A stretch of 64,000 bases of DNA from Chrysomallon squamiferum (lineage: Eukaryota; Animalia; Mollusca): NCBI GenBank assembly GCA_012295275.1, contig CM022672.1, positions 25,916,001 to 25,980,000 of the forward strand. The letters are read 5' to 3'. This document shows, in pieces, positions 26,848-40,870 of the stretch. Position 1 is the stretch's first letter. The number at the start of each line of letters is the position of its first letter. The position numbers were made by a program, and so were the translations under genes. The notes under the pieces are model-generated. The model saw only the letters and a program-made list of their open reading frames with translations. It was not told where the DNA came from and did no database searches.

Positions 26848-29529
26848 TGATACCAGTATTACAAATTAGATAAAAAGAGTTAAGTTGATAAAGCTATTTG
26901 CCTCTTCTAAATTTCAATTAGACAACTCTTGTCAAATTTTACGTTTTTGATAATTGTGAGTTGTGTCCCTTGTTCATCGGGCTAAGACTTAAAGTGGTAA
27001 AATAACTTAAAATGTTAGTTTGAGGGGAAGATCACGATGATATTGATTCAACAACAACAATTTTCTTTCACATATTAAACGAAAAGAAAAAAAAGAACGT
27101 ATACAAATTTATTAATGTTGTATTCTAATTATGTTTTTGTTTTTATTTTATTTTATTTTATTTTTTATTTGTTCGTTCAGGTCACTTACAAAAAGTGTAT
27201 TTAGACCTCTAACTGATAACTTCATAATCGTGGTACACAATATTTCACACTGCTAATCAAATGAAGACACACTATTGCAGATTTGTGGTTATTTGTGTTA
27301 GTTGATGCTTTCGTGGTATCTTACACGATGTTTTAGTGTTCCTCTCCGTGGGAACAGTAGCCCTTTGAGATCTGCCTGCAGGTTTCGTCTTCTGAGCATC
27401 CTAATGTAGGTGATGATGGTGATGACGATGTATGAATTAATGATGAAATGAAACGAAATACTGAAAAAAAAAAATTAAATTTAAAATGACAAGACTACTA
27501 CTACTACTACTAATAATAATAATAAAAATTCCGCAAGCGATGTATAGTCACGATTTGTATATTGTATTGTTTATAATTAGGATACACTGGCCTATTATTA
27601 TTTTTATCATCATCATTATTATTATTATTATTACACATCAAGAAACCTATTAATAAATTCAGACATTGATTAATATTCTAAAAAACAAATTAACAAAACA
27701 TCTTCGACGCTAAAATTGCTATCTAAAGCCTATCTTCATTTTGTTTCATAACTGTTTTGTTAATAAATATAGTGTCACGGTTGTTACTAACGTCGGCTAT
27801 CACGACGTCTAGACAATTTGAAATCTTGCAGTGGCGACGTGAGAGTTAGTGGGATTAAGGGAACAAAATCGTCTGGTGATTTACAAAATTTTCGTTGCCA
27901 AGTTTCTCCTCTGTGTTTTCTCGAACGAGAAACATCAGTATGTTGTTATTTGAAATGTTGATGTTATGTGATCAGCATAAAGGTTAACAAAAACAACAAC
28001 CAATAATGTAAACTTAATGGAAAAAAATCTAGTTCAGAAAAAAAGAAAAAGAACCCCAAACAAAAACAGCTAAGTAACTAACTAACCAACTAACTAACTA
28101 CTACTACTAGTAATAAAAGTAAAAAAAAAATTAATAAATAAATAAATAAATAAATAAGAACGATTTAAAACAAGATTAATATTGAACTAAATAATCTCAA
28201 AATAATTTATTACATTTAATCTCATTTCTTTAACTTATAAAAATAACATTATTTATTTTATTTTTTTTTTTTGAATTTTGTTTATAATTTTATTAACTTT
28301 TTCGTTCTTGAAAAATAAAATAAAATAAAATAAATAAATAATATATAAAATAAAATAAAATAAATAAAAAATAAAAAAAAAATAAAATAAACAAATATTA
28401 TGTGCCTAAATTTATACAGAATTTTTAAATTTCAGAAATAATTAAGGTATTCTTCGACCGAAAGAAAATGTGTTACTAGATGCTTAAATGACAGCTAGAT
28501 TAAATTTAAAAGTTGACAGTTTAAAAATATTTGTTGATAATTTATTTTGTATCATCTGCTGAAATCGAAAATCACTAATGATCATTTTCTAATGATAAGT
28601 TTTATTTCTTGCTGGTCTGCATGGTTATCTACGTACTGCTCTCCATTTTGTTATTTTTAACGTGTTTTGTGAGATACAGTACAGTTTTAGATCAAATTGT
28701 AATCATGCACTGAAGGAACAGAATGTTTATAAAATATTAAGAGTGAAATTTTAAATAAAATGTACGAAATGTTAGTTCAGTTTGAGTAATTCTAGAAACA
28801 GAAAACACAGGTACACAGGTGAACGTTACGGAAGTTGTTGGTGATTTCTGTGACGTCCGATGTCTCGCTATAATAACGACGTCAACAATGCAATGACGTG
28901 ATTCAATAAATAACTAGGTAGGTGACAAGATTTTGATTATTTTGAATTCTTGATACACGAAATTGTTAATTTACCTTGTCCATTTTTGGTATTCCAAAGA
29001 GTACAGTAGAAGTAATTTTATTTTATTTTTCAGCTTTTGGGACTATAATTCTTACAAATGTTTGAGATATTACATTCAGATTCTTGATCAGAAACTATTT
29101 TTCAAACTTGGCATGTAGGTTACTTTTATCAAACTTGGTATTTAAGTTTCACAAATACAAATTCCGATCCCTTTTGTTTTGGCGAACGGTCTAAATTTGT
29201 GTAAAAAATGTCTCATAAATTGTTAAGTTTTGGGTGACGCTTTTAAAATTAACACTATAAACAGTTTAGCTTATAATAAATAGTAATAGACATAAATGTA
29301 AGGCAGTGAACAAACAAAACAACGTATATTTTAATAATAATATATATAATTTATATTTATTATGAAACGTGTTTATACACAAAAAATTAAATTAATTTAT
29401 AATATAAATAAATAATAGTAATAAATTTGCTAAAGAAAGAGTATCATACAGAAGAAAAGCTTAAAATGTTAGGATGAAATTAATGATCAATTCATTGTTC
29501 CTCACCAGTAATAATAATAATAATAATAA

Positions 29530-29560
<31 letters not shown>

Positions 29561-29867
29561 AAGAAGAAGAAAATTATATTGAATTAATAATAAAATAGAT
29601 TTATATGAAAAAGTATAAATAAATATAAAATAAATAGGACTAATCTGTACCTTAAAGGCATCAACAAGGAGTCACCTGGTGAGTGATGAGACCCCCATCT
29701 CTTGGGGGACTATTCACCTTTGATACAGAATATAATTATATTAATATTTGTATTTCAAGTACGTTATATGATTGCAATGCCGTTAGTAGTTTTATTTTTA
29801 TTTTTACTATGTGTCTGAATAAGATAGTTGTTCAGGTAATATTGTTTCTATGACGTTTCAGTTGATT

Positions 29868-29935
29868 AACGGCGGTGCTGTATCCGGGGTGGAACACGGC
29901 ATGTGGGGAGTTCAAATCTCGGCGGTGGGGTCGTG
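29868..29935 (+). mobile_element. Degenerate tRNA-derived SINE head
   Basis: GC-rich islet with an A-box-like tgtatccggggtgg and a B-box gagttcaaatc. It cannot form a cloverleaf. Confidence 0.4.
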
Positions 29936-31984
29936 GTAATTAGCGTAAACAGCACCAAACAAATCTCGAACAACAACAACACAAAAATAATAATAATAAC
30001 AATACAAACATTTACAAAACAAGCAATAATACATTGGACGACATCAAATAATATTTATCAGCATTTTTTCTTATACTGCTACATTGTGCATTTTGACCGA
30101 AAGTTAGAAACAATTTTTAAATAAATAAATAATAAAAGTTAAAATTAAATAATAACGTTTTTGCTCATTTCATTATTTGATTATTTTAAGTTATTTTAAT
30201 GTCAGAATATAGTTAGTATTTTCAGTGCTAACAATAAATTACCTAAACACGAAAGCGAATCTCTACTGGATGCAGTCTTTGTAGGTTTCACTATTATCCT
30301 TTCCCAGTTCTGTCTACATGTATTTCTTAATCTTAAGAATTCTTTATTCATGGAAGCACACTTGTTTTCATTCAGTTCGAACAATAAATATTATACGCAA
30401 ATGAAATAAAAGATATTTTCATTCACACTTTATGAACAATAATGTTTTTTAGATCGTGCTTATGACTCCAGATGTGTTATTTCAGTTTAAAACAAACAAA
30501 TAACAGTGCTGTTTTTATGACTAACAATGAGTATAATTGTTCTGTAATTGCAATGGCTGTATCAACAGTCACGCAGCACTATCATAGCACATCAAAATAT
30601 ATCACTGTGAATAACAACAACAACATTAACATCATAACCAAAGGAAACAGCATCCACCACATCTTCCCGGCGACAACCTTCTCGCAGCAATCAAAACTAT
30701 AATATTTGGCAATAACGCATCGAAACTACGAATTTACTTGTGGAGTAAATTAATAAATACAATATGGATTTCTAGAACTATACTGAAAAAGGTAAGCGTG
30801 TAATGAAATGAGACTGTTTTCTTATTATGCTAATAGTAGAATCAAGTTAGAACATTCGGCAGGTGTTGCTGATTTCGATTTATATTTATATCTATAATTA
30901 CATGTTTACATTCAGTGGTGAAATTATTTATTTTATTTTATATTGTTTTATTTTATAATTATATTTTTCTCAATATATATATATATATATATATATACAT
31001 AAGTATGTATATATACATACACACATTCATATATATTTCTTTCCTTTATTCTCATTTGCGTTGTCTTAAATATGTGTCTTTTGATTTTTATTAATCATGA
31101 AAGTTAATTTAAGTAATATTTAAATACATATACATAAAACAAATGTTTCAAGCTGCTAGAAAGATAATAGATTGATAATACATATTGTTGCTTCCTAATG
31201 CTGAACTTATCAGAAACCCATATTTGTTTGAGCTCGTGAATTTGAATATGGTGATTATATCCATACTTTTACATCATTTAAACCATTGTAGGAAAAATAA
31301 TTTTAAAAATACTCAGATTTCTTATTCTAAAAAAAATGATATATCAAAACAAAAAAAAAAAAAAAAAAAAACGATTAATATTACTACTACTATTACTGCT
31401 ATTACTACTACTACTACTACTACTACTACTAATAATAATAATAATAATTAAACAAGAAACCCCCAAGATAATTAAATTAAAAGAAACCAAAATAAATAAA
31501 TAAATAAATAAATAAATAAAATTAAAAAAAAATATAAAAAAAAAAAAAAAATAAAATAAAATAAAATAAAACAAAATAAAATAAAATAAAAAAACAACAA
31601 CAACAATGGAATGAAAAAAAAACTATTTTTTTAAAAAACAATTTAAGAAATAATTCCAGCGCTCTTCAATATTTCAACACAGACTATAATGAATGTCTTC
31701 ATATGAGAGGGTTCACATAAATGTTAGTATCAAACGTTATCAGAAAATACAGCGTATATCGATCTATGTTATGATGTCACAATTAATATTCGGTAAAGCA
31801 TTTATCGTTTATTATCAAGATGTAATAATAAAAATAAACAAAAAAAAAAAAAAAAAAAAAAATAAAATATAGTAAATAAAAAAAAAAAAATAATAAAAAA
31901 TAAAATAAAAAAAAAAATAAATAAATAAAAAGAAAATGAATCAACAACATGAAATAATAAAAACTTTAAAAAAAAAATAATAAG

Positions 31985-32015
<31 letters not shown>

Positions 32016-33575
32016 AATGAATTGAATGGAATAAAAAATAGTAAAATAAAATAAAAAACTAGAAAAAAATGCTACATATCCGATTCGAAGAATAAAATTT
32101 AGATAATAAAAAAAATTGCAACAATGTAATAACAGCTTTGAAAAGGAATATAGGCCTACTGCATTTTGTTTGTTTATATGTATGGATGTATGTATGTATG
32201 TATGTATGTATGTATGTATGTATGTATGTATGTATGTATGTATGTATGTATGTGCGTGTGTGAGTGTGTGTATGTGTATATATTGTAGTTAATGTAAAAT
32301 TCAAGAAGAATTTCTCTCTGAGTCTTTGTCTGTCTATTTCTTTCCGTTTCTCTCTGTGTAATTTTCTTTCATTACTTCTTTACATTAGAATATGTATCTT
32401 GCATTACCAGATTATATTCATATTTATACAGATGACAAAATAATGCCCTAAAATAAAATACGTAAATCTTTTAACGTGTGTCAACAGTGGAATTACTGAA
32501 ACATTAAAAATTATTTTCTAATACAAGCTTTCTAAAAGGGATAATGAAACAAAGATTTCCACTGAAATGATAAATGGTTATGTTTGTATACTTATTAGTT
32601 TTTATATACCTAATTTAAAGTAACATAATCTGAAAAAGACCGCGTGAGGTATGAGAAAATGGGTTTTCTATTTTCTCTACTTACTGTTAGTCAACTAAAT
32701 CTATCAGTGGAGAGTTTTAAAAAGATTAGAGCCCAACACATTCATCATCGCGGTTCAATGGCCATTTGAAGTGGGTATTTGACGAAATATCTTTTTTAAA
32801 CCGTTTAATCCACATACGTATTTCTTTACTTATTAATTCTAAATTTTCTACAAGTACCTTATAATCTGTTTCAATCGCTGAGATCATTATGTTCAGATAA
32901 AGTAATTTACTATAATATACACCTTTAATTTTATAACAGAATGGATACACGATAACATTACATAATAAACGATATTAAAATTTTAATACAGTCTTTGTAC
33001 ATTTATCATCTCCAGGAACGTAAATCTCTTCTGTTTTCAGTCACGGATCTTGAAAAAGAGGGCGAGAAGATTGTAGGCTTGCATGAGCATTACTATATTA
33101 TAAAAAGAGTTCGTTGGTAGAGTAATATTTATCCCTTTCTCTTTCCTTCCCAAAATTCTTTTCTGCGACAGCCACGCCCGGTGACCTGTCAGAAAGCGTG
33201 CCTGTCGTAGACGTGCTTCACAACAGCTCGCTCTGATTAGCACGTTTCATTTTTCTTCCATTTTCCAGTTCTACTTCCAAAATAATATATTTTCATTGGC
33301 TAAGGAAGAAGATGCATCTGTCCCTACCTTTAAACGGTGTGTGTTATATTCAGAACAATTTTCCAGTTTATGGTAGATGTAAGTCACGATTCTTGTTCAA
33401 ACGTGACAGTTAATTCCGTCTAGAGAAATGATTTATTCTGAACAAAGATCACGTCTGAACGTAAATATTTTATCTACGTACGTCAATGGACACTCCTTTC
33501 AGTCAACAGAACAAAAGTCATCAAGACAAATATGGCGATGTCTGTTTCAGATTTAATGCTTGCATGATTTATATT

Positions 33576-33635
<60 letters not shown>

Positions 33636-33761
33636 TGATGAATGATGATGATCATGTTGATAATAACAACAGCAACCAATATATTACTACTACTACTGTT
33701 ATTATTATTATTATAATTTTAACAAGTTTTTTTTTTCTTTTTTTTTTTTTTTATAACTTAT

Positions 33762-33792
<31 letters not shown>

Positions 33793-34439
33793 GGAAAAAA
33801 AAAAAATACCCCACCCAGAAACATAAACAAAACAAACAAAAAGTGTAAAGACTTTTAATATGGAAATGTCAGAATATTTTATAAAATTATCCACGATAAT
33901 TTTGGTTACATTTTAAAACGGTCGTAATCACTCTTTATATCACTGAAAGGGAAAGTCAACATACTGTTTTGTTTGTTTTTCTCCTAGTTTTATGTATTTA
34001 CATCGTGTAGCGCGTGTATATACGCTAAAGTAACTTCACTGAACTTTTTAGATACTGCCGTAATAATTCCTACTTTGTTTTCTTTTGTCTCGAAAAATTC
34101 AGTAAGTCTAATATCCAGCTGATATTCAGTAATGAAATTTAAACTCTAGCTACCTTATCCACTAATATTAGTCAGCTTAGCAGCTGACTTTAAGAATCGT
34201 AGATTCTGGGTTTCTTTCAAACTATCAACTTTGGCGAAGGTAATGATAATGATGATGATGATGATTATTATATCATTGTTATTTTATTGTTGTTGTTGTT
34301 GCTGTTGTGGCTGCTGTTGTTGTTAAAACCTTAATTATAACAGGAAACCGTATCAATGTTAACTATAAACAATTTATGTAGAAAACCGTACGTAATTCAG
34401 TCTAGATTTATAAATGATTATTTGAAATTTTATTTCACT

Positions 34440-34880
34440 ATTTTATGTTCGGTAATTATTTATTATAATTTTATTTTCGCATAGCCATCTTATATTATAC
34501 AATTTTTATAATTATGGTGTACAAATAATCATATTGTTCTCATATTTTATGCTAATAATTACATTATTCTCGTTATGGAATGCTAATAATTTATATTTTT
34601 CTAAAACTACATTATTTTCATAATAATTATTATATTGTTCTTGCAACGTTTGCATTGTTGTCGTTATTGTATGCTGAAAATTCATATTTTATACTAAATA
34701 TTATATTGTTCTCATTATTGCACAGTAGTTTCATTACTGTAAACTAATAACAAATTTATATTTTTTATAATTTTCATTATTTATACTAAACATTATTTTG
34801 TTTTCATTATTGTATACTAATAATTATATTGCTCTGGTGTACTAACATTTACGTTGGTATAGTTATTGTTTTCATGATGT
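34440..34880. repeat. Degenerate AT-rich tandem repeat, about 30-35 bp (attatattgttctcattattgtatactaata-like)
   Basis: Recurrent atattgttct / cattattg motifs. Confidence 0.6.
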
Positions 34881-36344
34881 TTACTTGTAATGTTTGTTCT
34901 CTAATGTTATTGTTGTCATGCTTTACAGAGCTGCTGAGTGCAGAGTCACTCAAGTGTACAACAATTCGTCGTGAAGGGCGTTGTCTCTAACAACGGAGCA
35001 GCAGTTTCCAGTTACGTTTCAACAAGCTGGTACGATGTGACGAAATTCCGACCGGGTCATCAGACCACATCCTTCCTAAACGCAGTGTCCTCCTCTTTAT
35101 TACTCTGTGCACTCGCCAACACGCCAGAACGCGCTCTTCAAATACCGGATGTAATTCATGTTAATAGAGCGCGTGCCGCTTTAAATCGGAGACGTGGGAA
35201 ACACTGGTGTTCAGATAGCGATGCTGGAGTGGCTCATTATCAAAGACTTTATTAAATATTCGAAATGCGTGTGTTCCGAGTTAATTAATCACCAGAAATA
35301 AACCCTACACAAAGAAAGCAAGTGTTTCTGACTCGTGACACTTTAACACGATGACACGAGGTCAAAGTCCAGCAGAATGCACGCACAGTTACTGGTTTTA
35401 TTTGATACGTACTTGTTACTAAAATTATTAACTCAAGATATATGGATAACGGATGTATTTCTTAGATGACCAACCAGCTTCTGAAGCTTCAGTGGTTTTG
35501 ACATCTGATTTCTTCCTGGCATGATGTTTAGTCACATTGTTTGACTGGCAGTGGCCAGAAGACATCTGTAATATGCACGTGCTTAATTGTTAATTACGTT
35601 TTCATTTTATATTACATTTCTAACACTGTCATGGCTGATTCACTGTATGTAACATAACAAGGTCTAAAAAGATACAATGAAAATTGCACATCTATTTTAA
35701 ATTGATTAGAAAGTTTCACCTACTATTACACCTTCGGTTCTAAATATTAATATTAAACTCTGGTTCACAGAGAAAATAATTGTGAAACTAATAATACCAT
35801 TTTATGCGGACAAATTTTTAATTAATTAATTTATTAATTTATTTATTTCTTATTTACTGATTTTCAACCGGGTCGGCATATAAATTGTTTGGACCCCCCC
35901 CCAAAAAAAAATTCATAATATATAGTGTTGGACACATTTAACGTTTTATTTGGTTAATATTCTATGCATGCCAACAATTTCTGATGTACAGTATAATTAT
36001 AGAGCACCCTGAGAAACTTCACATACCTCACTGAAACTAATTGACAGTTGTAAAAGTAAACAGACTTAGTCTGAATTTTGTGTACACATGTCACCAGTTA
36101 TGTCAACACAGAAACACTTGTAAGAAGTGTGACACTGTCAAAATTTGCAAAACACAACTACGACAACCACCCACACCGGACTGGTATGCAAGAATGTAGT
36201 TTCAGAAGATGGCGTCTATTGTGTTTTGCGAATGAAACTGAAAATGTCTGCCTAATTATTTTAAGATACACGGCCGACGCGTCTTGGATCAGAAAGATGA
36301 TATTTTGACAGATCCTGCATTCGATGTTCATTTCTTTTTTTTTT

Positions 36345-36378
<34 letters not shown>

Positions 36379-36520
36379 CTTTAAATGTGCTATATTTGAT
36401 GTTTAATAATTTTATTTATTCTGTATTATTTTTTATTTATTTATTTATATGGTTTATTGGATATTCACGTTTATCCGTCGATCGTTTCATCTCTCGATCA
36501 GTTAAATTATTTATATTGTA

Positions 36521-36523
<3 letters not shown>

Positions 36524-36594
<71 letters not shown>

Positions 36595-36613
36595 CTCTCT
36601 CTCTCTCTCTCTC
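36524..36613. repeat. (CT)n microsatellite
   Basis: Read directly. Confidence 0.95.
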
Positions 36614-37849
36614 AGATTTATTTAATAAAGGTTTATTTGAGCATCTAACCAGTTTTTCGTCATTGTTAATTTATCCCTTTAAACAAGATCTCATATCATC
36701 TGACAGTGGTAATAACACGAACAAATAAACATATTATTACCTCAGTACTTTGAAAACTAATTATCTAATCATTACATGAACAGTATATAAATAAACATAC
36801 CATTAATTCTGCACAGGTACTTATTAATTGTCTGATCATTATTGTGCGGTTTTCATCAAAAGAATCTAACAGTATTTTTAGTAAACTGTGGTATGTGTTT
36901 ATCAGTAAACAGTAAAGTAAACATGGGGACGTGACTTTGAAGTCCACCGTAACGATAATTGTTAAACGAGTTATCCGTTTGATTGACAGTTAGGTTTGAC
37001 CAATCATTGGCTCGCAGAATTATTACGTGTTACCTACCCCCAACGAATAAATAAATTTTTAATTACCATGTTACAGAGGTATCTGGTATTTTGTATTTAG
37101 ATTGAAATAATTGTTATCACTGTAATATATAAATTTGGTCAAAAGTTAAAAACTATGTATGCTAATGGTAACTTGGTAAGCATCCTTATAATGACATGAA
37201 TAACAAATAAGTAGTTTTGTATTTTTAAAGTCTCCCCTGATTTTTCAAAATGTAGCAGCTACTGAAAAGTTTAAAAATAAAATATATTTTTTTTATATAA
37301 ATATTAATATACATTTCTGAATAATATTTCATGAATTATCTAACAGCGACACAAATTAATCCTATTGGCACCACGAATGACGTTATCTCCATGGTGTTTA
37401 GGTTCTGGAAAATCTGGAACAGCCATGTTAAAATCCTTCAGTAAAGTAACAGTCGCGTTTGTTAGAAGTTTCAGTCGCCGATCTGCTTAATTCACAGCTT
37501 ATTAAATAAAATGGTTTTGATTTATTAGAGATAACAGCATTTTCACAGATCACTGCTATCTGCATTTTACTACCATTTAAATGTCCCTTCTGTTATCTGA
37601 TACTTAATTATTAAATCTTAAATCACTATTCTATCTTCCATTTACCTTTTATTATTGTTGTTGTTGTTGTTATTAGTGTTGTTGTTCTTGTTATTATTGT
37701 CATCATCGCTACAAACGAATGGAAAGAACTATTACTACTGCTACTATTATTTTTACTTCTACTACTACTACTACTTACTACTACTACTACTACTGCTTTG
37801 ATGATTATTATTATTATTATTTTATTATTATTATTATTATTATTAAAAC

Positions 37850-37882
<33 letters not shown>

Positions 37883-38382
37883 TTTATTATTCTCTCTTTC
37901 AAAGGACAAAGAAACAATTTACACTGATTATTTTTATCGCTTGGTATTATTTTCTAGAATGTGTCTAATTCACATCCTTCTACTAAAAGTTTAGCAACAC
38001 ATAAATCTTTTAACGTAAACAGAACGTTGTCGGCAAATACAGGCTGATATACCAGTGTTAAGATATGTTGGTATTTCACACGTATAAACCAAGTAATAAA
38101 AAGTACTGTTACAGATCGGATGGTATACTCACAGTCTGTTTTAACATTCAGGATGTCTTCTCTAGACATTTCACTGATCGTTCAGTTTAAATGCTATTTT
38201 TAAGTCTTACGGGATGTGTGAATATGTCACAGAGTGGGTTTTTTTTTTATAAATATTCTTCGTTTAAAAAACGTCAATATTTGTAGTTTTATCACAAACA
38301 TGCATGCGCACAGACATATACATACCATACAAAGAAATCTGTTTAACGTTATCTACAGGCAAATACATAAATACTGCGAAAA

Positions 38383-38420
<38 letters not shown>

Positions 38421-39158
38421 ATAAAACAAACAAAAAATAGAATAGAAAACATTGGAAACTTGAATGAATGAATGAATAAATAAACAAACAAATAAATAAA
38501 TAATCATAAAATTTAAAATAAATAAATGATTTTGATGGGGAGAAAAGAAAACATCAGAAAAACGAAGTTTTACGTTCTTTTTAAAAAAAAAATACACAAA
38601 AGTAAAAACTTGAGCTACCCAGGGAGGTCTCATTTGATCAGATAGAAGATTGTTTTATTTTGACTGTTTATCAAATGCTGAAAACGGCAACGGAGATCTC
38701 CTATTGTGCCGATTACATGCACACCAAGCGAACTCTAAACACATTCACCGTCAGTTTATCTGCAAATACAAACAAATTGCTGTAAAAATGGTTTCATTCT
38801 AAGATAACCGCGGAACGAGGAGTGCAATATTTATCATAATACTGTGTAAAGTTTCTGATCGAGATCGCATTTACTTAATGACCCGATCCAACCACCGTTA
38901 GAAAACAGTTGAAATATTTATTTTCAATGTCTTTTGAAATTTTTGGAATTTAAATTTGTTAAAAAGATATTGGTATAACAGATGTTACTGTTACTCCTAC
39001 TACTACTTCGGTAGGTACCACCAAAAATGGCGACAGCTACTACTACTGCGGCTGCGTTTGCTGCTACTACTGCTATCGGTCTTCTACTACTACTACTACT
39101 ACTGTTGCTACCACAACTGCTTGCGTTACTACTACTAGAAATAATAGTTTAAGAAATA

Positions 39159-39192
<34 letters not shown>

Positions 39193-39848
39193 AAGAAAAA
39201 ACTAAGGATTCCAAGAAAAGACTGCAAATTAAATGTCTTAAAATCTATTTCACGAAGATTCTCTAGAAAAATATAATTCTGTGGAACATTTTTTAAGATG
39301 GGTATTTCTATGGCGACGCGAAGACCTTCACCAAAATACTTTTAAAACTGTAAATGATTACCACATGTAGTTTATACGAAAACAGTATGACTACTTAAAA
39401 AGCCAAAATATTTACATTTAGAGATATTTGATTTGATGGTGTCAGAATGTAAGCTTTTAGAACTCTTTGAATGTGGTAACTCTCATCTGTACTGGAATGA
39501 CACTAAGAAGAAGAAAAGGGAAGAAAAAAAAAGCTATGTTTATTTTAAAATCATCTAACGCACGGGTAGATGGATGTAGGAATGGATGGACGGACGGAGG
39601 GAAAAAAAAATAGATATACAGAAAAAACTTAGTGGATAGATAATATGGAAAAAGAATTAAAGAAATAGTGAGCCGACATGTTCAAAATGGCTCTTTGATG
39701 TTTGTCAGTTATAAATAAATGGTTATATTAAATGTTTACATTAGAGCAAACTAGTCCAGATATTGGATATTAAAATAATACACCATAATTAAACTAAAAA
39801 TGTTACTGTTATTGGTATATATTATGTGTCTGAGTTATTGCTGTTTTT

Positions 39849-39852
<4 letters not shown>

Positions 39853-39942
<90 letters not shown>

Positions 39943-40029
39943 TCTTTCTATCTGTCTCGTTGTATGACTGTTTCTTTTTCTCATTCACTTTATCTGTCTC
40001 TCTTTCTCTTTGTCTCAATGTCTCCCTTT

Positions 40030-40126
<97 letters not shown>

Positions 40127-40140
40127 TTCTCTCTCTCTCT
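39853..40140. repeat. Two (CT)n microsatellites (39853-39945 and 40032-40140)
   Basis: Read directly. Confidence 0.95.
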
Positions 40141-40670
40141 GTCTCCATCATCGCTGTCTCCCGCTCTGTTCATTTATTTAAATTTTATTATAACGCGATT
40201 AAACACTGTAGCTATTAGTTTAAATATGGACGAGTGTTGAAGCACACACGTTAATCACTGTGTTATTGGATACCAGGAGAAAGTCTTCCACTGTTTGTCC
40301 ACACTCAAGAAAAAGTGTCAAACCAGAGATTAAAGGGTCACGATCATAGTTGACACAAATCTCAGACTTAACCGTCTGGACACTGTTACACAAAACCCCA
40401 CCGTTTCTTGGTGGGTGTTTCACATATATCCACTCGGGTTACAGGTGGGTTACTCTTAATTTGGTGTTCTATGTCTGAAAAAGGCCTGTCAAAGAGAAGC
40501 CATTTTTATGCGACCATAGAAACTGTAAATTGTGTTTGAATGTCGACTGAAATAATTGCTGTTTGGTTTAGTGTTTAATAGTGTCAAATTTACTGTTAGC
40601 TTGTTAAAAGAATAGAGAAAAAAAGCTGCAGAATTTGTATTTTAAGGTTTCCTTAAGATTTAATAATATC

Positions 40671-40720
40671 GTAGTAGTAGTTGTGGAAGTCGTAGTAGTA
40701 GTAGTAGTAGTAGTAGCAGC

Positions 40721-40761
<41 letters not shown>

Positions 40762-40870
40762 CAGCAGCAGCACTAGTAGTAGTAGTAGTAGCAGCAGCAG
40801 CACTAGTAGTAGTAGTAGTAGTAGTAGTAGTAGCAGCAGTAGTAGTAGTAGTAGTAGTAGCAGAGTGTTA
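40671..40870. repeat. (AGT)n/(AGC)n trinucleotide microsatellite
   Basis: Read directly. Confidence 0.95.

Noticed and set aside
27168-27389. Partial matches to miR-375 (tttgttcgttc) and, on the - strand, to the 3' half of miR-981
   Set aside because: Only 11-13 nt match, the miR-981 match lacks the seed, and no hairpin is evident.
29868-29935. A third tRNA gene
   Set aside because: It has a B-box but no acceptor or anticodon stems. Classified as a SINE head.
32879-32900. bantam-like TGAGATCATT
   Set aside because: The 10-nt match is followed by divergence, and there is no complementary star arm.
34938-35255. 105-aa ORF in a CpG-rich block
   Set aside because: GTG start, no domain similarity, and an in-frame stop between the nearby acceptor and the ORF. 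More likely non-coding.
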